Origin: Macrostomum lignano
Taxonomy: Eukaryota
Reading direction: 5' to 3'
DNA length: 64,000 nucleotides
NCBI GenBank assembly: GCA_002269645.1
Contig: NIVC01000391.1
Coordinates: 372,001 to 436,000 of the forward strand
Shown: positions 1 through 10,030 of the stretch, piece after piece
How positions within the stretch are numbered: the stretch's first letter is position 1
Layout: each line of letters begins with the position of its first letter
Program-made: the position numbers and the translations under genes
Notes under the pieces: generated by a model
Seen by the model: the letters and a program-made list of their open reading frames with translations, nothing else
Told to the model about the DNA's origin: nothing
Database searches by the model: none

Positions 1-194
1 TATACAGTGCAGCTCTCCACCTGCACTACTTACAGTACAGCAGAGTGCACGAGATTTTTATTTTTTGAAGATGGCCAATTCAATTTACCACGAAGAGACC
101 TTAAGGCTTAAATCATTGATGGGATTAAGAAAATTAATTTGAGAGGTCACCTAATCCATTTGAGGTAACTTAAGAGGTCGTCTGACCCCTTTGG

Positions 195-412
195 AGTAAA
201 CTTGAGAGGTCACCTGACACTTTTGGGGTAAACTTGGAAGTCACCTGACCCCTTAGGGGTAAACTTGAGAGGTCACCTGGGGTAAACTTGAGAGGTCACC
301 TGGAGTAAACTGAGAGGTCACCTGGAGTAAACTTGAGAGGTCACCTGGGGTAAACTTGAGAGGTCACCTGGAGTAAACTTCCTGAGGTAAACTTGAGAGG
401 TCACCTGACTCC
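195..412. repeat. Degenerate tandem repeat, about 20-23 bp unit (GG(G/A)GTAAACTTGAGAGGTCACCT)
   Basis: About 9 imperfect copies visible directly. Confidence 0.85.
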
Positions 413-1084
413 TGTGTAATTTTTACTATCTGACATCTCTAGCCAACAGTTTTGAATCTGCTATATCTCATTGATAACTTTATGGCAAAATTCTTTTGTC
501 GTTTTGATTTACACCTGTCTGAATTGCACCTGGTGTCGGGTTATTTACTCTTATTAACAGCCGTAAATTTATTGAGCTGTCTTGCAGTCCGCTTGCAGTA
601 TTGTTGTTTTACCGAACTTGTCTTGTGGTTTTCATTTTTGTCAGCTCATGTCGTCCATGTTAATCTGCACCAACGTTAACCCGCTGCCCTTGGAGACAAT
701 ATTTATAGATTCTTAGAGGTTCGCACAATGCAAAGTATTAACAAAACTGAATTGGTGTTTATTTGTCATCGGGTATTTTGTGTGCCGAGGTTAAAAAGTA
801 GCAGATTTTTTTCTTAATTATTACCCTCGCTCTTGGTATCTGCATGATTTGCTGAAAATCGTATTTACTAAATATACAAGAATATTTATATAGCTGGCTA
901 TTTGCGAAATTTATACGGTAATTGAATAAAATTTAACCATAATAAAAAATTTTTTGCTTAAATCAGGTGAATCAAATTTCTTTTATAATTTCAACAAAAT
1001 ACGAGCTCGATTTAACACTGGAAAATTTCCGGTGTAATCACTTGATCGCGGAGAATACATTTAAATCATGGGGAGAGTGGGGAG

Positions 1085-1982
1085 TCTAGCAGAAGCTCTA
1101 GCGCCTCCCCCCCCAGCAGCAGCTCTGGCGCCTCCCCCCCCACAGCAGCTCTGGCGCCTCCCCCCCCAGCAGCAGCTCTGGCGCCTCCCCCCCCAGCAGC
1201 AGCTCTGGCGCCTCCCCCCCCCAACAGCAGCTCTGGCGCCTCCCCCCCAACAGCAGCTCTGGCGCCTCCCCCCCCAGCAGCAGCTCTGGCGCCTCCCCCC
1301 CAACAGCAGCTCTGGCGCCTCCCCCCCCAACAGCAGCTCTGGCGCCTCCCCCCCAACAGCAGCTCTGGCGCCTCCCCCCCAACAGCAGCTCTGGCGCCTC
1401 CCCCCAACAGCAGCTCTGGCGCCTCCCCCCCCCAACAGCAGCTCTGGCGCCTCCCCACCAACAGCAGCTCTGGCGCCTCCCCCCCAACAGCAGCTCTGGC
1501 GCCTCCCCCCCCCAACAGCAGCTCTGGCGCCTCCCCCCCAGCAGCAGCTCTGGCGCCTCCCCCCCAGCAGCAGCTCTGGCGCCTCCCCCCCAACAGCAGC
1601 TCTGGCGCCTTTCCCCCCCAATAGCAGCTCTGGCGCCTCCCCCCCAACAGCAGCTCTGGCGCCTCCCCCCCCAACAGCAGCTCTGGCGCCTCCCCCCCAA
1701 CAGCAGCTCTGGCGCCCCCCCCCAACAGCAGCTCTGGCGCCTCCCCCCCAGCAGCAGCTCTGGCGCCTCCCCCCCAGCAGCAGCTCTGGCGCCTCCCCCC
1801 CCAACAGCAGCTCTGGCGCCTCCCCCCCAACAGCAGCTCTGGCGCCTCCCCCCCCCAACAGCAGCTCTGGCGCCCCCCCCCAACAGCAGCTCTGGCGCCT
1901 CCCCCCCCAGCAGCAGCTCTGGCGCCTCCCCCCCCCCAACAGCAGCTCTGGCGCCTCCCCCCCAACAGCAGCTCTGGCGCCG
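1085..1982. repeat. Minisatellite, 24-28 bp unit CAGCAGCTCTGGCGCCT(C)n(AA/AG) with variable C-tract
   Basis: About 35 tandem copies; accounts for the four overlapping repetitive ORFs at 1061-2069. Confidence 0.95.
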
Positions 1983-2514
1983 TCACCTCAAACGATGCAG
2001 CGCCCAAAAAGCCATTCCAAGGTCTCAGGAATCCCGACTACGCCCCATTATCGTGCAAATCAAAGCTGACACAGTTAATCCCTTACCCTAATTAGTATTT
2101 CGATGCCCGCAGGCAAAAACTGCTTGAGGTGATGAGAAAATCTTTATGAGAGCTTTCAGTTGGCCCTGGAGGTGCGGCCTCAATTTCATTATTTTCAAGC
2201 AGCGAAGCAGAAAAAAAAGCAAATTTGCAGATTAGATTTTTGCTTTTTTGTCTCCTGCTTTGATAATTGAAGCAATTTTATAAAGATTCCATCACTCAAA
2301 TTAAGAAATCTCTTTTAGTATAGACAGCTTGCTAATATATTTACATATTGTCTTTATTCACTTCTTTCTGCCAAATGAAGGTCCGCTGTCATTGAACTGG
2401 GGATAATTCACTAATTCATGATTTGATACTGCTGAGTGAGCTCAGCCTAAGGTAAATTAATTTAATTAATTTCGGCTAATAGTCTGTAAGGGAAATTTGA
2501 TTTCAGAAACTTTA

Positions 2515-2760
2515 TGGACACCTTCAGATCTCATCAGGCACTTTCAGACACCTTCAGACACCTTTAGGCACTTTCAGTCACCTTCAGTCACCTTCAGTCA
2601 CCTTCAGTCACTTTCAGTTACCTTCAGTCACCTTCAGTCACCTTCAGTCACCTTCAGACACCTTTAGACACCTTCAGATCCTTCAGCTAACTTTAGACAC
2701 CTTCAGACAGCTGAAAACTTCAAACACCTTCAGACACCTTCAGACACCTTCAGACACCCT
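2515..2760. repeat. 10-bp tandem repeat CACCTTCAG(A/T)
   Basis: Direct inspection. Confidence 0.85.
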
Positions 2761-2953
2761 TCACTTCCATCGTTGCATGCACCTGCAATTTTCTGTCAGG
2801 TACCTCAGCCAGCCATATCCACCTTCTGCCAGGTAACGAGTACTTGAGAAAACAATAATTCCTACTTATATAGAATTGCTTTCAATACTTTAATAAGACT
2901 AGGAAAAGGACTAACTATTACATATGTAGCTGGTATACTGTGTGCTGTAAATA

Positions 2954-5810
2954 GATACATACATACATACATGTACACCGCCGCAAAAGAAAGCAAAAGG
3001 AAAAGGGGGCAGCACGGGATGGAAGAGCAAAAAAGGGGGAAAGAAACGGAAATGTGAGAGCGTGGCGGCAGTGTCAGAGCACTCTCCTTCTGGCTTGCTC
3101 CCTGAAGGCAGCCGCAGCGTTGGTCTGGCCGATGACACCGGCGTCAGCCAGCAGGCAGTCCACGTACCGGCGCGTCCTGGCCTGCCCTCGGCGCCAGGGG
3201 CCCCGCAGCGTGAGCAGCAGGATGTCCTGCACCGGTTCAGGGCAGTAGGTTTCCGCGCGGATCACGTGGCCCGCCAGCTGCAGCCGCCGCCGCCGGATGG
3301 TCTCGCTGGGTGGTCGCAGGCCGGCTCGTCGGTAGAGGGCCGCGTTCGAGACCACCTCAGGGTAGGAGATGCCGAAGGCCGCGCGCAGCAGGCTGGAGTG
3401 GGCCGCGTCCAGCCGCTTCTCCAGCGTCTCGGTCAGAGTCCACGTCTCGGCGTTGTAAGTCAGGACGGTCTCGACCACCGCCTGAAACAGCCGAGACCTC
3501 AGGCGATCTGGCAGCGCGGCGCTCTGCAGAACAACCCGGACTGAGCGGAAGACCGCCCAAGCCAGGCCTCTGCGTCGCGCCAGGTCCTCCTGAACGCTGG
3601 GCACCAGACCGCCGAGGTACGTGAAGCGCGTGCAGCGGGGTAGAGGGGCCGCGTGACCGTCTGCGCCGCGGCAGGTGATATTGGCAGGCAGCTCCGCTGG
3701 CACCGTCAGGACCTCCGTCTTGTCGGTGTTAACAACCAGGCCGACCGTAGCCGCTATCGCCACCAGGCTGTCCAGCATCCGCTGGGCTCCATCCGCCGTG
3801 GAGGCCAGCAGCGCCAGGTCGTCGACATAGCCCAGCAGCGACAGTCTCTTCTCTGGATGGCGGCTGCTCGTGCGCCTGCACAGCATGAAGCCGTCGGCGT
3901 CGGATGGAAGCGCAGTCCGCAGCACCCAGTCGAGGACCAGCACGAACAAGAAGGGCGCTAGCGTGTCGCCCTGCAGCACTCCAGATGTTGTACTGAATGG
4001 GTCCGACAGCCCGTCGGGCGTCACCACGGCGGCTTGAGTGTCCTGGTAGAGCGCCATGACTGCGCTGACCAGGCGCTGGGGCACGTGGTAAGCCCGGAGC
4101 ACCGCGCCACCGAGTCGAACGCCTTTCTGAAGTCAACGAAGACACAGATCAGCGTCGCCTGGCGGGTGCGCGCCTCCTCGATTGTCCTCCTGAGGGCAAG
4201 GATCTGGGTCGCTGTGCCCCGGTGTGGCCGGAAGCCGTTCTGCTCGTGCCGCAGAAACGGGTCCAGCACCGGTTGCAGCCGCGTCAGCAGGATCTTGTTG
4301 AAGAGCTTCGCGGCGCAAGACATCAGCGAGATGCCCCTATGTTCTTCTTTCCGAGTTGTGCCGGGCTTCTTTGGGATGGGGATCATGTGGGCCGTCGTCC
4401 ACTCAGTTGGGGCTGCACCCCCGTCAAGTACGCGGTTCATCACACCGGCGACCGCACGGGCCACCGGCAGGACTCGCAGCGCTTCGACAGGGATCTCATC
4501 CGGGCCGGCCGCTCTTCCACCAGGGGACTTCTTCGCCTGCAACACCACCTCGTCCAGAGTAATGGGGCTGACGTCGAAATCCTCCTCCTTGGGCAGGGCC
4601 ACTTCCGGCGGCAGCGGCATCTCCGCCTGCAGCACCGGCGGCGGCGCGTTCACGATGGCGCCGAAAAAGTCCCGCAGCTCGTTCCGGCGGGCCTCCGCCG
4701 TGTCGCCGGGGAGGTTGAGGCTCGTGCGGCTCTTCCTCCCGGTCAGCGCGTTCACAGCGCTCCACACGGCGCGGCGCTTGCCGTCGTGCCCTGCCGTTGT
4801 CACCGTCCTGATGGTCTCTTCTACGGCGGCCTGTTGTCCTTGCTCATAGGCGGCTGCGAGGGCCGCCTCGGCTTCGTCCACCTCCGCAGTCCTGCCCGCC
4901 CGTCGCAGCTGCTCAAGCCTCAGCCTCGCACTTTGCACTTCCGGGTCCACCTCCCAGACCGGCCGACCTTTCTGCAGGGGCTTCACCAACGGTAGGGTCC
5001 ACTCCGCAGCAGATTGGACGGCCGTGCAGATCTCGGGGTAGTCGGCTTCCTTCTTGCCGTCGAGGGCATCCACAAACGCGCGGGCGAAGCGAACCTGGGT
5101 CGCATCGTCACGCAGAGCCCGGAAGAAGTGCTTCGGCTTCCGCTTGGGCGGCCGGTAGAGCGGGTCCTTCAGCTTGATGTCGCAGAAGAGCAGCTTGTGG
5201 TCGGACTTCGGCGCCAATGGCATGATGGTATCGCAGTTGGTCACACGGCCACGCTCTCGAAAGTGCAGCAGCACGTGGTCCAGCTGCGCCAGCCTCGTCG
5301 TGGCATTCCGGCGGCGGTTGTTGTTGCGCCGCGGCCGCTTGCAGCCGGCAAAGGTTGCCAGCCGCTGCTCGGGTTTCCGGAACCACGTGTTCATCGACAC
5401 CATGTCATGCCGAGCCACGAAGTCGGTCAGCGCCTCGGTGTTGGCATTCTCGCGCGGGGTCACGAAGGGGGCCCGGTCTGACCTGCGCATGACAGCGTTC
5501 AGATCACCGAGCACGATCACCGTGTCCCGTTGTGCCACAGCCTCCACCTGCCCGGACAAGAACTCGAAAAAGACACGAGCTTCATCGGGGTGGGCAGCTG
5601 TCGGCGCGTAGGCGCAGAAAATGTGGGCGCTCCGACTCCTCAGCCGCAGGTCGATCCGCAGCAGCCGAGGGGACAGGCTCTGGCAGCACACACTCTGTTG
5701 CAGCTTTGGCCCGACCAGCACTCCTACTCCTACTGATGTGTACAGGAGCTGGCTGGAGCCTCCTGTACACATCAGCGGACGAGAGAGGTCATGGAGGAGT
5801 AGGAGTGCTG
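2954..5810 (-). mobile_element. 5'-truncated non-LTR retrotransposon (APE + RT, RTE-like clade)
   Basis: APE motifs (IVLGDLNA, LDHVL, SDH) and RT motifs (ISLMSCAAKLF, QNGFR, FVDFRKAFDS, GVLQGDTLAPFLF, YVDD, YLGG) plus an RTE-like C-terminus (RRRLQLAGHV). 3' tail is (TATG)n at about 2954-2973. Flanked by direct repeat GTGCTGTAAATA at 2942-2953 and 5805-5816. Confidence 0.93.
3074..5730 (-). pseudogene. Endonuclease-reverse transcriptase ORF, N-terminally truncated and frameshifted near 4102
   Basis: ORF 4021-5772 reads ...KAFDSVAR then degrades; ORF 3074-4102 resumes at VLRAYHVP in another frame, implying a small deletion. Confidence 0.85.
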
Positions 5811-6081
5811 TAAATAAGAAAGATGAGGAAAGAAAGTAAAATTGCGTTTCAATAAGGAGAAAAACAAGGAAGGGCCAGTCTTACTCAATCTGGTTGACAC
5901 TTTAAGTTTACGCGATCCGTACTCTGCTCAAGAAGTGCGAGCTGCTCAAGAACTAGATGCAGTAAAAGCTCCAAAATGAGACTGCAAAGGCTCTAAACAT
6001 CAGCAAGCGTAGCAAGTTGAGTCGTCGGTTGCTTCCACTCCTACACTGTTAAGATTTTATGCACCGTGTCTATTGATAATT

Positions 6082-6230
6082 TGGACGAATGGGAGTAGAA
6101 GTGGCACCCCCTGAAGGAGCGGGGGTAGAAGTGGCACCCCTGAAGGAGCGGGGGTAGAAGTGGCACCCCCCTGAAGGAGCGGGAGTAGAAGTGGCACCCC
6201 CCTGAAGGAGCGGGAGTAGAAGTGGCACAG
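6082..6230. repeat. About 31-bp tandem repeat GGAGCGGG(A/G)GTAGAAGTGGCACCCCCTGAA, 4-5 copies
   Basis: Direct inspection. Confidence 0.85.
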
Positions 6231-6239
6231 AGCTCTCTC

Positions 6240-6510
6240 CATGGGTCACCAATTGGCGGCCTTCTGAAGACCTTCTCGACTGGGATGAGGTCTCTCCGCT
6301 CGGCTTTGACGCAGACCGGTATACAGCGAGACTTGCGATAGACCACCTCGGACTTTGGAAGACCACAGATGAGACAAAGCGCTTCTCGATAGGGAAACAA
6401 TCGATTTCTTGAAGCCTGGAGTTGGACAACCAGGGCTTCCAGGCCGCGTCCGCGTGCCAGACAACAGATTCGACCACCGCCTTGTACACCGCGTTGTAAT
6501 AAATCACACG
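6240..6510 (-). mobile_element. Degenerate C-terminal fragment of a non-LTR reverse transcriptase
   Basis: YKAVVESVVWHADAAW...RLQEIDCF aligns with FQAVVETVLTYNAETW...EKRLDAAH of the neighbouring element; continuation IPVEKVFRR lies in another frame. Confidence 0.5.
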
Positions 6511-6774
6511 GACTCCACTGGTTAAGTAAGTTAGAACTTCTCGAGAAAAACTTGAGCGACTGCTAGTTAGCGCACGCGCATATATATTTAATAAGCACGA
6601 CGTACATTAGTACATGATACACGTACACGCGAGGACGAGCAATCAATGAGGTGCATATATGAGCTACTTAGGCAATAATCAACGTGCCCACGCAACCCTA
6701 CACCCCCAAGCAACCTCAGATCAGTCCAGTGGCACTTTGCCACACGCGTGACATCATAGACCTCAAGACAGGGC

Positions 6775-7005
<231 letters not shown>

Positions 7006-7299
7006 TCATAGTTTGTTTTCAAAGGCTAGTAAATAATTCTGTTTTTGTACCATCCGATATTTTCTTTCCGGGTGCTTTTGATATTGTGAGCACTTTTGCT
7101 CTTTCACAAAAGCCGCAAAAAGGAGCACAGAGGTAGCATAGAGGTAGAAGAAAGTTTCCATTTACGAAACGACAAAAGTGACAAACATGATTTTATCGCA
7201 AAGAAATGTGATGCAAATTGGATGCAAATTCCCTCGACGCAACTTTTCCTAGAAACTTCTTTGCTAGCCTCCTCGCTGACATGAGTCGGGAGGGCCAAA

Positions 7300-7570
7300 T
7301 GAGCTGTGATGGGAGACTTCATTGAGACTTTGAAGAAGCAGAAGACGGGGTGTTGCAGAAGAAAAATCTTCCTTCGTAGAGCCCTCCTCAGGCTCAACCG
7401 CAGAGACCTCAGAGCAGTCAGCATGGCCCTCTCCGGGCATGGCTGCTTCCTTCAGAGCCAGGTACCCGAGGAGCGGTTCCCCTTCTGCCGCTGAGGAACT
7501 GAAAACGCGGAGCACTTTCTGCCACTGTCCAGTTTTCACCAGGGCCAGGCTCATCTCGGGCCAAATCCGG
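7300..7570 (+). mobile_element. Degenerate 3' remnant of an R1/LOA-like LINE (C-terminal CCHC zinc-knuckle region)
   Basis: LLRLNRRDLRAVSMALSGHG...PFCR*GTENAEHF(L)CHCPVFTRARL fits the xxGH...CxxC-x7-HxxxxC pattern, with a stop and a frameshift; homologous to 63850-64000. Confidence 0.6.
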
Positions 7571-7883
7571 TTCTCTCCGACGGTTGCAGGCCCGAGAGCA
7601 TCCCGCTGCTCGCCCGGTACCTCAGGGACACGGGGCGAGCTGATGTCTTTCGATGGAAGTCATTGGTCGCCAGGGGCTAGCGGAATGGCCGGTCTCCTCC
7701 GCCTCCTCGCTGCATCCGCCGGACGCCCCCTGCAGCTGACTCAAGTAAGTGAGCACAACACGCAACGACAAGCAAAAATGATAGTCTTTTTAAGCCCGCG
7801 CGGACAGCCCATGCTAGAAGGCCGCTGTACTCGCAGATCTCGGAATTTTTAATTGAGGTCGACTTTCGCTGCACAGCGGGATC

Positions 7884-8043
7884 TGTGAAATGTCGGAAAC
7901 TCTGTGAAATGTCGGAACTCTGTGAAATGTCGGAACTATGTGAAATGTCGGAACTCTGTGAAATGTCGGAACTCTGTGAAATGTCGGAACTCTGTGAAAT
8001 GTCGGAACTCTGTGAAATGTCGGAACTCTGTGAAATGTCGGAA
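7884..8043. repeat. 20-bp tandem repeat TGTGAAATGTCGGAACTC(TG), about 8 copies
   Basis: Direct inspection. Confidence 0.9.
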
Positions 8044-8134
8044 ATGTTTTCAGTTTTAGCACAAAAATTACAATTTTCTGATTTTTTGGCTTCCAGAGTG
8101 AAGGATGCAAGTGCGTTCTTTGCTGGCTGACCCA

Positions 8135-8171
8135 AACCCTAACCCTAACCCTAACCCTAACCCTTACCCTA
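8135..8171. repeat. Short interstitial telomeric-type repeat (CCCTAA)n, about 6 units
   Basis: AACCCTAACCCTAACCCTAACCCTAACCCTTACCCTA. Confidence 0.85.
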
Positions 8172-8649
8172 GCTCCAGTTATCGGCAGTCAAACTGGCTG
8201 ACTCACACGTGACTCAATCTTATTGCTCACGAATATGTCGTTTTGCCATCTTTTTAATAAAATCTTCTAAGCGGATTTTACTGGGTCAAACTTTTCCGCA
8301 TCCCATCATCTGCTGCAAAACCCCGAGCAGCACCTGACTTCAATTGCAATCCGGAGATCCGGAGGTTGAGGCAGGTGAGGCAGGATCAATTAACTGTGCC
8401 AGCGAGTGATGCAAATGAAAACTTCCAATCCCGCTAATGCGTTTTAGTAGCAAAAATTTGACGCAGGAAATCACGCAAACTGGAAAACTGGAAAACCAGC
8501 AGCTAAAAAATATCAAATCAAGGTGAGTCGGTCACTGCCGGAAATGAAGGCATGATCACAAGTTCCAGTGTTCCAATTGCTTAGGACTACTAAAGGGCGT
8601 CGTTTTTGGGTCTCTACTAATTTAGCAGTCCATGGCTTCAGCCGGGGGG

Positions 8650-9948
8650 TCACGCGGCTTTTCCTTCGTCTCCTCCACCGGCCAGCGGAACCCGTAGGTA
8701 GCGCGAGTTCGAGCCCGCCGCCGCCTCGGGGACGGCCGAGCTGCGCCGCGGGCTGACCCGGGGACTGGCGGACGGCGAGGGCTCGGCGCTGCGACCCGCC
8801 GCTGTCGCCCAGCTCCTGTTGGCACCGCCGCCTCCATGACCGGCGCCCCGGTTGTCGCCGCAGTTCAAGAACACCCGCCGGAACGTGTCGCGGAAGCGGG
8901 TGGAGAAGCAGGAGTACAGGACGAAGTTGCTGGCCGCGTTCAACAGCAGCAGGATGTTCACCAGCGAGTTCAGCAGGCGCGACGCCATTGTCTGACTGCC
9001 CGACGAGGAGGCGGCGGCGGCCGCAGCGTCGGATCGCATCGCCTTGCGCAGGGTGACGACAGCGGACGGCAGCTGGCAGAGGCAGAACAGCAGCACCACG
9101 GCGATGAGCATCACCGTCACCTTCTGCTGCTCGTTGGCTGGCTTGTGCTCACGCCGCTGATGCTCCCGCTGCTGCTGGCCTGATGGCGACGACTGGTGCA
9201 GCGGGATCGCCTGGTGGATGTCAGGCGAGTGGTCTTCGCCGCCGCCGCCGCCGCGGCCCATGGCTACTCGACGTCGACGGGCAAGGACGACGCTGCGGAT
9301 GAGCAGGCTGTTGAACACGACCAGAAACAGCAGCGGGCCGAACACGAAGATGGACACAAACACCTGGTAGTAGCCCAGCGATTTCATCACCTTGTAGGCG
9401 CCGGTCTTGCCGATGCCATACACAGTCTCCGTGTAGTTGCCGCAGTCCACCTCCTTGGCAACGACAGCTTGGTATTCGAAGAAGTTGGGCAGGGTGCAGA
9501 GCGCAGTGGCCGCGAACAGGCCCCAGGTGAGGTGCTTCGCCCTCTCCTTGGTGCAGTGCCTCCTCCCGAGCATGGGCTTGTAGATCACCAGCCAGCGCTC
9601 GAAAGTGAACAGGCAGGTCAGCCAGGTGGCGTAGTTGCTAAGCAGGTTGGCCAGGGGAAACAGGTAGCTGAGTGCGTGCGCGAACCACTGGCTGCTGAGC
9701 ACGCCGGGGTAGAACTTGACGGTGATGACGTAGAACACGATGAGGTAGGCGGTGTCCACCGCGGCCAGAGCAGTCAGGTAGTTGTTGGTTGACGAAGCCA
9801 TCCACTTGCGGGTCAGTACGACAATGTTGATGGAGTTGGCCGCGATGCCGAAGGCGACAATCGATGGCGTGACAACGATCAGAGCCAGGTCGACGGGGCT
9901 CAGCGACTGCCAGCCGGGCTCGGCGGTGCAGTTGCTGATGTTGCTCAT
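8650..9948 (-). CDS. Class A peptide GPCR, FMRFamide-receptor-like family, single coding exon, 432 aa
   Basis: Seven hydrophobic segments; N-terminal N-glycosylation sites (NIS, NCT); TM1 GIAAN, TM2 LTALAAVD, TM3 FERW...KP, TM4 TLPNFFEY, TM6 CQLP, TM7 NAASNFVLY, helix 8 RFR. Confidence 0.92.
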   Translation of the reverse strand: MSNISNCTAEPGWQSLSPVDLALIVVTPSIVAFGIAANSINIVVLTRKWMASSTNNYLTALAAVDTAYLIVFYVITVKFYPGVLSSQWFAHALSYLFPLANLLSNYATWLTCLFTFERWLVIYKPMLGRRHCTKERAKHLTWGLFAATALCTLPNFFEYQAVVAKEVDCGNYTETVYGIGKTGAYKVMKSLGYYQVFVSIFVFGPLLFLVVFNSLLIRSVVLARRRRVAMGRGGGGGEDHSPDIHQAIPLHQSSPSGQQQREHQRREHKPANEQQKVTVMLIAVVLLFCLCQLPSAVVTLRKAMRSDAAAAAASSSGSQTMASRLLNSLVNILLLLNAASNFVLYSCFSTRFRDTFRRVFLNCGDNRGAGHGGGGANRSWATAAGRSAEPSPSASPRVSPRRSSAVPEAAAGSNSRYLRVPLAGGGDEGKAA

Positions 9949-10030
9949 GGCTGGAAGGTGGGAGTGACGTGAGCTGACTGCGTGTGTGAGCAGAAATTAG
10001 CAGCGCTATTGGAGCTGATGGCCTTCGTTT

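Noticed and set aside
1061-2069. Four long Gly/Pro/Gln-rich ORFs
   Set aside because: Translations of a minisatellite open in several frames on both strands; no unique coding sequence or splice signals.
5716-5830. Possible hammerhead or HDV ribozyme at the LINE 5' end (CTGATG next to stems)
   Set aside because: Core is CTGATGT rather than CTGANGA, with no properly placed GAAA; the stems are fully explained by inverted duplication of coding sequence.
8135-8171. True telomere or chromosome end
   Set aside because: Only about 6 units, flanked by unique sequence on both sides.
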